Assembly: GCA_035486275.1 (NCBI GenBank)
Contig: DATHNG010000063.1
Location: 32,616-96,615, forward strand
DNA from: Bacteroidia bacterium
GTDB lineage: Bacteria; Bacteroidota; Bacteroidia; JABEUT01
Length of the DNA stretch: 64,000 bases
Direction: 5' to 3'
A program made the position numbers and the translations under genes. How positions within the stretch are numbered: position 1 is the first letter of the stretch; each line of letters starts with the position of its first letter. Shown here piece by piece: positions 19,176 to 26,074 of the stretch. Under the pieces are notes generated by a model that worked only from the letters and a program-made list of their open reading frames with translations, ran no database searches and had not been told where the DNA came from.

Positions 19176-19221
19176 TTTATTTATTTAATGTTTTGACAAA
19201 GCTCAATTTGCAAAGTTTAAT

Positions 19222-19249
19222 CTCTATTTCGCAAAGTTATGAAATAGAG
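19222..19249. promoter_or_regulatory. 9-bp inverted repeat CTCTATTTC-N10-GAAATAGAG, with a palindrome TTTGCAAA (19207-19214) and half-site repeat TTCGCAAAG, in a divergent intergenic region
   Basis: Read directly from the sequence; candidate operator between the BNR gene and the FMN-reductase gene. Confidence 0.3.
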
Positions 19250-19275
19250 CCATAAATCATTTTGTTAATTCTTCT

Positions 19276-19283
19276 TACATTTG
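19276..19283 (+). promoter_or_regulatory. -7 box TACATTTG upstream of the FMN-reductase gene
   Basis: TAnnTTTG match 16 nt before the ATG. Confidence 0.35.
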
Positions 19284-19299
19284 TTTCAAACTCATTTAT

Positions 19300-19872
19300 A
19301 TGCCCGATACTAAGCCCCATATAGCCATTATTTCTGCAAGTGTCCGCGAAGGAAGGAAAAGCCATAGAGTGGCTTTATATTTTAAGAAATTTATTGAAGA
19401 GAAGAACCTTGCAACCTGTGAAATAGTGGACCTGAATGGATACCAGTTCCCCATATTCAATGAGCGCCTTTGGCTTCTAAAGAATCCTGGTGAAAAGGTA
19501 TTGGATTTTGCCCAAAGAATCAAAAATGCAAGTGGCGTACTTATCGTTACACCCGAGTACAATGGTGGTTACCCGCCTGCGTTGAAAAATGTAATTGACC
19601 TTTTGTATGAAGAGTGGCATCATAAACCCATTGCAATCTCGACAGTATCAAACGGATCGTTTGGTGGTTCACAGGTAATAACTTCACTGCAATTCTCGCT
19701 ATGGAAAATTCGTTCAATAGTTGTTCCTGCTATGTTCCCGAACCCGACTGCCGACAAAAACTTTTCCGAAGATGGAACGCCGGTCGATAAAGAGGGGACA
19801 GACAAACGAGCAACCACTTTTATAAATGAACTGTTGTGGTTTATTGAATCGGAAAAGAGAATGAAGAGCTGA
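19300..19872 (+). CDS. NAD(P)H-dependent FMN reductase-family oxidoreductase
   Basis: HIAIISASVREGRKSHRV...VTPEYNGGYPPALKNVIDLL is the flavodoxin-like FMN_red pattern. Confidence 0.6.
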   Translation: MPDTKPHIAIISASVREGRKSHRVALYFKKFIEEKNLATCEIVDLNGYQFPIFNERLWLLKNPGEKVLDFAQRIKNASGVLIVTPEYNGGYPPALKNVIDLLYEEWHHKPIAISTVSNGSFGGSQVITSLQFSLWKIRSIVVPAMFPNPTADKNFSEDGTPVDKEGTDKRATTFINELLWFIESEKRMKS

Positions 19873-19876
19873 GCTA

Positions 19877-20863
19877 TTATTTCAATAGCATATCTATGAT
19901 CTCGGTCATAGTCCTGTCATTGGTCTTTACAAAACCTTCGCCTGCATTATAAAGCGCTTGCACATTCTGTTCTGTAATGTTATCCATTTCCTTATTCATA
20001 CCGTGCAGTGATGGCTGCAAACGGGTATAGGTTGATAGTGGCTTATTCTTGAATATATCCTCCAACTGGTAATTTACCATATCGCTATGTGCGTCAAACG
20101 CAATATTGGCAAGCATACGTGCCCAGTTCTTATCACTTGTATCATCGGTTTGCGATTCCGTGTATGCAGTAGTTGCCAAACCGGTTCCCAATGAGAGCAA
20201 AAAGAAACTATCCGCCTCAGGGTACACTAGCTTAGCCTGCATAAACGCAAATAAAGCAGGGTTATATGCAAAAATACTTCCGTCAATAAATGTGTATGGC
20301 CTTTCTGCCATGCAGCTGGCTTTTGCCGGAGGAAATACTCCCGGTAACGCTGAAGTAGAACGAATCACAGAGCGAATAAAGAAATCAGAGCGGGGATCGC
20401 CAACAGCTTTATGCGAGAGGAATAAATAGGGCTCAGTATGTATAAGGTCGTACGCAGTAACACAACAAGGCTTTATAAGCTGGCTGAGTTTAAGGTCTTT
20501 AAAAAAATACCTCAGTTGCGCTTCGAAACCTTCGGGAGAATATTTATGAAAGCCACCTCCTTCTTGTGGAGTAAATGAATGCGCGCCGTATGCAAAATAA
20601 AATTCCAACGCCTGGCGTGCTGTAAAACGAGGACGGTGCGCATCGCCTTCATCGGGTGTAAGGTAAATGCAGGTAAGTAACCCTCCGGTGCTGGTGCCGG
20701 TTATAAAATCGAAGAAATCGGAGAGGCGAACATTGGGATCATTTTTTGCCTGTTGCAAGCGAGTCTCCAATGCCGACAAAAAAGTTGCGGGAAGTATTCC
20801 GCGAATACCACCACCGTCGATCGATAATATGTTAATTGTTTTTCCCATGGGCCCTTTCTGCAC
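19877..20863 (-). CDS. Patatin-like phospholipase
   Basis: ILSIDGGGIRGILPATFL (oxyanion GGGxRG), GTSTGG (GxSxG nucleophile), DGSIFAYNP (catalytic Asp region). Confidence 0.7.
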   Translation of the reverse strand: MQKGPMGKTINILSIDGGGIRGILPATFLSALETRLQQAKNDPNVRLSDFFDFITGTSTGGLLTCIYLTPDEGDAHRPRFTARQALEFYFAYGAHSFTPQEGGGFHKYSPEGFEAQLRYFFKDLKLSQLIKPCCVTAYDLIHTEPYLFLSHKAVGDPRSDFFIRSVIRSTSALPGVFPPAKASCMAERPYTFIDGSIFAYNPALFAFMQAKLVYPEADSFFLLSLGTGLATTAYTESQTDDTSDKNWARMLANIAFDAHSDMVNYQLEDIFKNKPLSTYTRLQPSLHGMNKEMDNITEQNVQALYNAGEGFVKTNDRTMTEIIDMLLK

Positions 20864-22298
20864 TTGTGGCAGATATCAAAAGCCCTGTAAATGTAATCAA
20901 AGCATTCAAAATAAGCAATTCGAAGCCGAATTGGTACCCCTTGAACCACTCTTTGGAATGGGTATCAAGCATATAGCAAATAACCGGCGATAACAGGCAG
21001 ACAAAAGGAATCCAGCTATCATTAGTCTTTATTTTAGTAAGTAAACCAAATGCATAGAGCCCTAGTAAAGGCCCATAAGTATAACCTGCCACTTTAAATA
21101 CATCTTGAATTATAGCCTGGTTATTGATAAGGCGATATATAACTATTACAATGATTAACACAATTGCCATAAGAATGTGAATGTTCTTACGTGTTCTTTC
21201 CTGCGTTTCTTTTTCCTTTTCTTTTATATCCAGTATATCTACACAAAAAGATGTAGTGAGTGCCGTCAGTGCAGAATCGGCACTTGCAAACGAAGCGGCT
21301 GTTATACCCATTACGAAAAGGAAAGCGACTATGGTTCCGAAATAGCCCTGAGTCGCCAGCATGGGGTAAAGATCGTCTGACTTTGCCGGTACTGTAACGT
21401 GATTAGCTTCTACATATGCATACAACAATGAACCTAATGCAAGAAACATAAATACTACTATAGCCTGAACAATACTAAACCAGAAAATATTCTTTTGCGA
21501 TTCGCCTATTGTTTTACAGGTAAGATTCTTTTGCATCATATCCTGATCGAGACCAGTCATGGCAATAGCAATAAACACTCCCGCGAAGAACTGTTTAAAG
21601 AAAAACAGTTTACTGTTATAATCCCAGTAAAACATTTTTGAATAAGGCGAAGCAGCAACAGTGCTTGCCAGATCTGAAATATGTAAATGCAATGATTGTG
21701 TTATCAGGAATATACTGCCGACAAGTGCGGCAAGCAAAAAGAAAGTTTGTAAGGCATCGGTCCATATAATAGTTTTCATACCGCCACTTCGCGTATAAAG
21801 CCATATCAGTGCCACTATAATTGAAGCAGTTACCACAAAGGGAACATCCCACTGATTAAAAATGCAACCTTGCAATACATCCACCGCTACATATATGCGG
21901 AATGATGCACCAATAATACGAGAGAGTAAAAAATAAGAGGCACCTGTTTTATATCCATATCGCCCAAACCGTTCTTTTAAATAAGTATAAATAGAGGTCA
22001 GCTGCATGCGGTAGAACACCGGCATTAATACCCATGCAATTATCCAGTACCCCAGAATGTACCCCAGTACAACTTCATAATATGAAAAACCAATTGATTT
22101 TACTGCACCCGGCACAGAAATAAATGTCACCCCTGAAATTGAAGAGCCAATCATGCCAAATGCAATAAGGTACCAGGGTGATTTGCGGTTAGCCAAAAAG
22201 AAACCTTCATTGGTGCTATTGCGTCCTGTGATATAGGAAACAGCCATAAGGACTGCAAAATAAGACATAAGGCAAATTAGTATGGCCGATGCTGACAC
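20832..22298 (-). CDS. Sodium:solute symporter (SSF) family transporter
   Basis: 488 aa, ~13 TM; N-terminus typical of SSF (FFLANRKSPWYLIAFGMIGSSISGVTFISVPG). The 3' end overlaps the patatin gene start by 17-32 bp. Confidence 0.6.
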   Translation of the reverse strand: MSASAILICLMSYFAVLMAVSYITGRNSTNEGFFLANRKSPWYLIAFGMIGSSISGVTFISVPGAVKSIGFSYYEVVLGYILGYWIIAWVLMPVFYRMQLTSIYTYLKERFGRYGYKTGASYFLLSRIIGASFRIYVAVDVLQGCIFNQWDVPFVVTASIIVALIWLYTRSGGMKTIIWTDALQTFFLLAALVGSIFLITQSLHLHISDLASTVAASPYSKMFYWDYNSKLFFFKQFFAGVFIAIAMTGLDQDMMQKNLTCKTIGESQKNIFWFSIVQAIVVFMFLALGSLLYAYVEANHVTVPAKSDDLYPMLATQGYFGTIVAFLFVMGITAASFASADSALTALTTSFCVDILDIKEKEKETQERTRKNIHILMAIVLIIVIVIYRLINNQAIIQDVFKVAGYTYGPLLGLYAFGLLTKIKTNDSWIPFVCLLSPVICYMLDTHSKEWFKGYQFGFELLILNALITFTGLLISATSAERAHGKNN

Positions 22299-22678
22299 TA
22301 CTCTATCTTTTTGGCGGAATACATTTTCCGGGTAATTACCTTCAACACAATCCGTTTAACTATCAATTCACCCAGGCAGCGATAATAAATATCTGTAGGA
22401 AGCTCTTTAAATGCATTTACTTGCTGTTCCGATACATCAATTCTATACAATACTTCTGATAATTCAGGAGTAATTGATGGAAGATATTTCATTAAGGCAT
22501 TAACTACCAGTTCTGCCGCACGCTCTCCTTTCAGGTCAGAGTGTGGTATGTTTATAGCAAACTCCTTATTTAAGTCCTTGTTTAACTGCAATATAACATC
22601 ATTCCAAAATTCTTCTTTTGAAATGAAATCGGCATACTGTTGAAGGTATGTAAAGTCGTTGAGTGCTATATCGCTCAT
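22298..22678 (-). CDS. Hypothetical protein (start taken at MSDIALNDF...)
   Basis: ORF with a -7 box TAAATTTG on the minus strand (plus coordinates 22696-22703) just upstream of the internal ATG; the longer ORF reaching 22735 is probably an over-extension. Confidence 0.35.
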   Translation of the reverse strand: MSDIALNDFTYLQQYADFISKEEFWNDVILQLNKDLNKEFAINIPHSDLKGERAAELVVNALMKYLPSITPELSEVLYRIDVSEQQVNAFKELPTDIYYRCLGELIVKRIVLKVITRKMYSAKKIE

Positions 22679-22732
22679 AGGTGTTATCTGCTTTCCAAAT
22701 TTACTCAGATTATCAATACAACGGCAAAGTCT

Positions 22733-22833
22733 CACTACTACTTTTAGGGCGTTCCCCTTCGGGTCGGGCTATCCGTTACAACTCCGCGCTGCGCTTGCGG
22801 GGTTTTCACTACTATCCCTAACGCGAAATACAT
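22733..22833. repeat. Left copy of a ~90-100-nt structured repeat: outer 31-nt box GGGCGTTCCCCTTCGGGTCGGGCTATCCGTT (22747-22777), GC hairpin, inner 27-nt box CACTACTATCCCTAACGCGAAATACAT (22807-22833)
   Basis: Both boxes recur as reverse complements at 23290-23320 (30/31 identical) and 23224-23250 (27/27 identical). Confidence 0.7.
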
Positions 22834-22860
22834 TTGGTAAATAGGTACATTTAAAAAATC

Positions 22861-22868
22861 TAAATTTG
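22861..22868 (+). promoter_or_regulatory. -7 box TAAATTTG for the ATL gene, located inside the inverted-repeat-bounded segment
   Basis: TAnnTTTG match 17 nt before the ATG at 22886. Confidence 0.35.
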
Positions 22869-22885
22869 TACAACAAGTTTATGAC

Positions 22886-23215
22886 ATGAGTGAATTTTAC
22901 GAAATGATTTATGAAGTGGTGCGCCACGTGCCTAAGGGCAGGGTTACCAGTTACGGGGCTATTGCCAAATACTTGGGTGCAGCACAGTCATCGCGCATGG
23001 TGGGCTGGGCCATGAACCAGGCACATGGTAAAAAACCACCCGTACCTGCTCACAGGGTTGTAAATCGTACCGGTATGTTATCGGGTAAACATCATTTCGG
23101 GCATCCTAAACTTATGGAGCAGATGCTTGCTAAAGAGGGGATTAAGGTAAAAAAAGACCAGGTGCAAAACTTCAAGAAGGTATTCTGGGATCCAGCTATA
23201 GAACTTGCACTATAG
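22886..23215 (+). CDS. Alkyltransferase-like (ATL) protein of the MGMT/Ogt DNA-binding-domain family, non-catalytic (Cys->Ala)
   Basis: 109 aa; VPKGRVTSYGAIAKYLG....R.VGWAM......PAHRVVN.TG. The PCHRV active site is replaced by PAHRV. Confidence 0.7.
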   Translation: MSEFYEMIYEVVRHVPKGRVTSYGAIAKYLGAAQSSRMVGWAMNQAHGKKPPVPAHRVVNRTGMLSGKHHFGHPKLMEQMLAKEGIKVKKDQVQNFKKVFWDPAIELAL

Positions 23216-23223
23216 TTACGTCC

Positions 23224-23320
23224 ATGTATTTCGCGTTAGGGATAGTAGTGGAAAGCCCAAAGCCCCGGGTATTCGGGGCGAGGACTTGGAACGGATAGCC
23301 CGACCCGGAGGGGAACGCCC
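23224..23320. repeat. Right copy of the structured repeat, in inverted orientation: inner box 23224-23250, GCCCCG-loop-CGGGGC hairpin, outer box 23290-23320
   Basis: Reverse complement of the left copy; 58 of ~90 nt conserved with divergent central hairpins. Confidence 0.7.
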
Positions 23321-23376
23321 AGAAAATTACAGAACAAGGCTTAAAAATTCATAGCTTTACGTAAAATTTCCCGTAT

Positions 23377-24468
23377 ATGATAACTAAAGAACAAGTATTA
23401 GAAGCGCTTAAAAATGTAATAGACCCCGACTTCGATAAAGATATAGTAACACTTGGCATGGTGCAAGATGTTGTAGTAGATGGTAAAAAAGTAAGTTTTA
23501 CGGTTGTACTTACAACCCCCGCATGCCCAATGAAAGAAATGATACACAAGGCGAGTGTAAATGCTATAATATATTATGTAGATAAAGAAGCAGAAGTAAA
23601 TGTAACCATGAGCGCAAAAGTGACCTCAAAGAGGACAACAAAAAGTGCAGCACTCCCACAGGTAAAAAATATTATTGCTGTGGCATCAGGCAAAGGTGGT
23701 GTAGGAAAATCTACTGTTGCGGCTAACCTCGCAGTAGCATTGGCTATGCAAGGGGCAAAGGTTGGCTTGCTCGATGCTGATATTTATGGTCCATCGGTAC
23801 CTATGATGTTCGACGTACAAGATGAAAAGCCATTGTTAGAAGATATTGGTGGCAAAACATATATGGTTCCGGTTGAACATTACGGGGTGAAATTACTTTC
23901 AATCGGTTTCTTTGTTACCAATGCACAGGCAGTGGTGTGGAGAGGACCAATGGCATCAAAGGCTTTTCAGCAATTGGTGAATGATGCAGCCTGGGGCGAA
24001 TTAGATTATTTATTTATTGACCTTCCTCCGGGAACAGGTGATATTCAACTCTCATTGGTTTCTACAGCATCGGTTACAGGAGCTGTGATAGTTAGCACTC
24101 CGCAAAACATTGCTTTGCTAGACGTGCGTAAAGCAGTTACCATGTTTGCACATAAAGATATTAATGTGCCGGTACTTGGTGTAGTTGAGAATATGGCATA
24201 TTTTACTCCTGCTGAGTTGCCAAACAACAAATACTACATCTTCGGGAAAGATGGCGCAAAGACATTAGCTGATGAACTAAAAGTTCCTTTCCTAGGCCAG
24301 GTGCCATTAGTGCAAAGCATTTGCGAAGCAGGTGATGCAGGCCGCCCGGCAGTATTACAGCAAGATACTCCGCAGGCAATTGCATTTATGGAAGTGGCAC
24401 GCAATGTAGCACAACAAGTAGCTATAGCTAATAACAAGAAGGAAGAAAAGCAGTTAGAGCACGCGTAA
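23377..24468 (+). CDS. apbC: Mrp/NBP35-family Fe-S cluster carrier ATPase (ApbC) with N-terminal DUF59 domain
   Basis: DUF59-like N-term (VLEALKNVIDPDFDKDIV), P-loop ASGKGGVGKSTVAANLA, Mrp signature. Confidence 0.8.
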   Translation: MITKEQVLEALKNVIDPDFDKDIVTLGMVQDVVVDGKKVSFTVVLTTPACPMKEMIHKASVNAIIYYVDKEAEVNVTMSAKVTSKRTTKSAALPQVKNIIAVASGKGGVGKSTVAANLAVALAMQGAKVGLLDADIYGPSVPMMFDVQDEKPLLEDIGGKTYMVPVEHYGVKLLSIGFFVTNAQAVVWRGPMASKAFQQLVNDAAWGELDYLFIDLPPGTGDIQLSLVSTASVTGAVIVSTPQNIALLDVRKAVTMFAHKDINVPVLGVVENMAYFTPAELPNNKYYIFGKDGAKTLADELKVPFLGQVPLVQSICEAGDAGRPAVLQQDTPQAIAFMEVARNVAQQVAIANNKKEEKQLEHA

Positions 24469-24804
24469 TTAGCTCTTAAACTTTATCTTCCCTGTAAGCA
24501 GTTCGAAGAACATGCGAAGATCAGATGCAAAGCTATAAAACGGGTTTTTGAATGTAGCTGGCCTGTTATGTTCAAAAAAGAAATGCCCGGCGAAACCAAA
24601 GCCGTAGCCAAATAAAGGAGATGCAAATGCCCACCACTTATTATCGAAGGTTGCAAGTACCCAAACAAGAAATATTAATCCCAGGAAAGTGCCAATAAAA
24701 TGCAAAGTACGGCAAACAACCTCTGAATGCTCACTCAAATAAAAAGGGTAAAACTCTTCAAATGATTTGAAGCCATCTTTAGGATATTCTACTTTATTAT
24801 TCAT
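24469..24804 (-). CDS. DUF962 (Mpo1-like) membrane protein
   Basis: FEEFYPFYLSEH...CRTLHF.GT...GYGFGFAGHFFFEHNRPATFKNP matches the remembered DUF962 consensus. Start moved to the internal MNNKV so as not to overlap sucB. Confidence 0.5.
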   Translation of the reverse strand: MNNKVEYPKDGFKSFEEFYPFYLSEHSEVVCRTLHFIGTFLGLIFLVWVLATFDNKWWAFASPLFGYGFGFAGHFFFEHNRPATFKNPFYSFASDLRMFFELLTGKIKFKS

Positions 24805-24811
24805 GGTGAAT

Positions 24812-26053
24812 TTATAAGCCCAATAATATTTCTGAAGGATCCTTGCTACCAAACAACAAACGTGTTGGGTCTTCAAGACCTTGTTTCACTTTCACTAAAA
24901 AGCTAACCGACTCTCTGCCGTCAATTATACGGTGATCGTATGAAAGTGCAATGTACATCATCGGGTGTATCTCAACCTTACCGTGAACCGCAACAGGACG
25001 CTCAACCACATTATGCATACCAAGTATAGCGCTTTGCGGAGGGTTAATGATTGGTGTTGACATTAACGAGCCAAATACACCGCCATTCGTAATGGTAAAT
25101 GTACCACCACTCATTTCTTCGAGTGATAATTTGTTGTCACGTGCTTTCAGTGCCAGTTCCTTTATCTTACCCTCAATTTGTGCAAGGCTCATCATTTCGG
25201 CATTACGCAATACCGGTACAACAAGTCCCTTAGGCGCACTTACTGCAACCCCAACATCAGCATAATTATGATACACTATTTCTTCTCCGTCTATCATTGC
25301 ATTTACAGCAGGGAATGCTGCCAATGCTTCTGTTACAGCCTTGGTGAAGAATGACATGAACCCTAAACGGAAGCCATATTTCTCTTCAAATTTCTTTCCA
25401 TATTTTTCACGTAGTGCAAGTATTGCACTCATATCTACTTCGTTAAAAGTAGTGAGCATGGCGGTAGTATTTTTTACTGCCACCAAACGCTGAGAAAGCT
25501 TTTTGCGAAGTGCAGACATTTTCTGCCTGTCATCATCACGAGTGCCCTGGAAGGGTGAATTATTCTCAACTGTAAAGCCTTTTGCTAATGCATTTGCAAC
25601 ATCTGACTTTGTTACTCTTCCCCCTTTACCGGTGCCATTCACAGCAGGGATATTACTTTCTGCCATCATTTTTTTAGCAGCAGGAGACGGAGTACCCGAA
25701 GCGTATGAAGTTTGTTCCTGTGCAACTTTTACCGGAGCAGCAGCTTTTGCAGTTACTGGAGCTGTTTCTTTCGCTTTTCCATTTGTTGCAGGTTTTTCAA
25801 TCACTGCTGGTGCCTTTGCTTCGGTATCTATTTTTGCAACCACGCTACCCACCTTAACAGTGTCGCCATCCTTTGCCAATATCTTTATCTGTCCGGCCTG
25901 TTCACTGTTTATTGTAAGTGTCGCCTTATCTGAATCAATCTCACAAACCTCTTCCTCCTTTTGCACATAATCGCCGTCTTTTTTCAACCAACGTGCAATT
26001 TGTACTTCTGTAATTGACTCTCCGGGGCTAGGTACTTTAAGTTCTAATATCAT
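24812..26053 (-). CDS. sucB: Dihydrolipoyllysine-residue succinyltransferase, E2 of 2-oxoglutarate dehydrogenase
   Basis: Lipoyl domain ([15 protein letters not shown]...EIDSDKAT), Ala/Pro linker, catalytic core with DHRIIDGRE. Start could be 26074 or 26053. Confidence 0.85.
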   Translation of the reverse strand: MILELKVPSPGESITEVQIARWLKKDGDYVQKEEEVCEIDSDKATLTINSEQAGQIKILAKDGDTVKVGSVVAKIDTEAKAPAVIEKPATNGKAKETAPVTAKAAAPVKVAQEQTSYASGTPSPAAKKMMAESNIPAVNGTGKGGRVTKSDVANALAKGFTVENNSPFQGTRDDDRQKMSALRKKLSQRLVAVKNTTAMLTTFNEVDMSAILALREKYGKKFEEKYGFRLGFMSFFTKAVTEALAAFPAVNAMIDGEEIVYHNYADVGVAVSAPKGLVVPVLRNAEMMSLAQIEGKIKELALKARDNKLSLEEMSGGTFTITNGGVFGSLMSTPIINPPQSAILGMHNVVERPVAVHGKVEIHPMMYIALSYDHRIIDGRESVSFLVKVKQGLEDPTRLLFGSKDPSEILLGL

Positions 26054-26074
26054 ATTTAAACTATTTAAATTCAA

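Noticed and set aside
20832-20863. Overlap of patatin start and SSF transporter stop, considered as a possible frameshift or pseudogene
   Set aside because: Both ORFs are full length with intact motifs. A short same-strand overlap with an alternative downstream start (MGKTIN...) is the simpler explanation.
22733-23325. Inverted-repeat elements considered as tRNA/tmRNA/SRP RNA/riboswitch
   Set aside because: There is no cloverleaf and no conserved SRP or RNase P motif. The two copies are mutual reverse complements, which fits a repeat/TIR or paired structured element rather than a known housekeeping RNA.
24805-24876. Upstream extension of the DUF962 ORF (MKTQHVCC...) overlapping the sucB 3' end
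   Set aside because: The family consensus begins near MNNKVEYP, and the internal start gives a 7-bp intergenic gap to the sucB stop. The extension is probably not translated.
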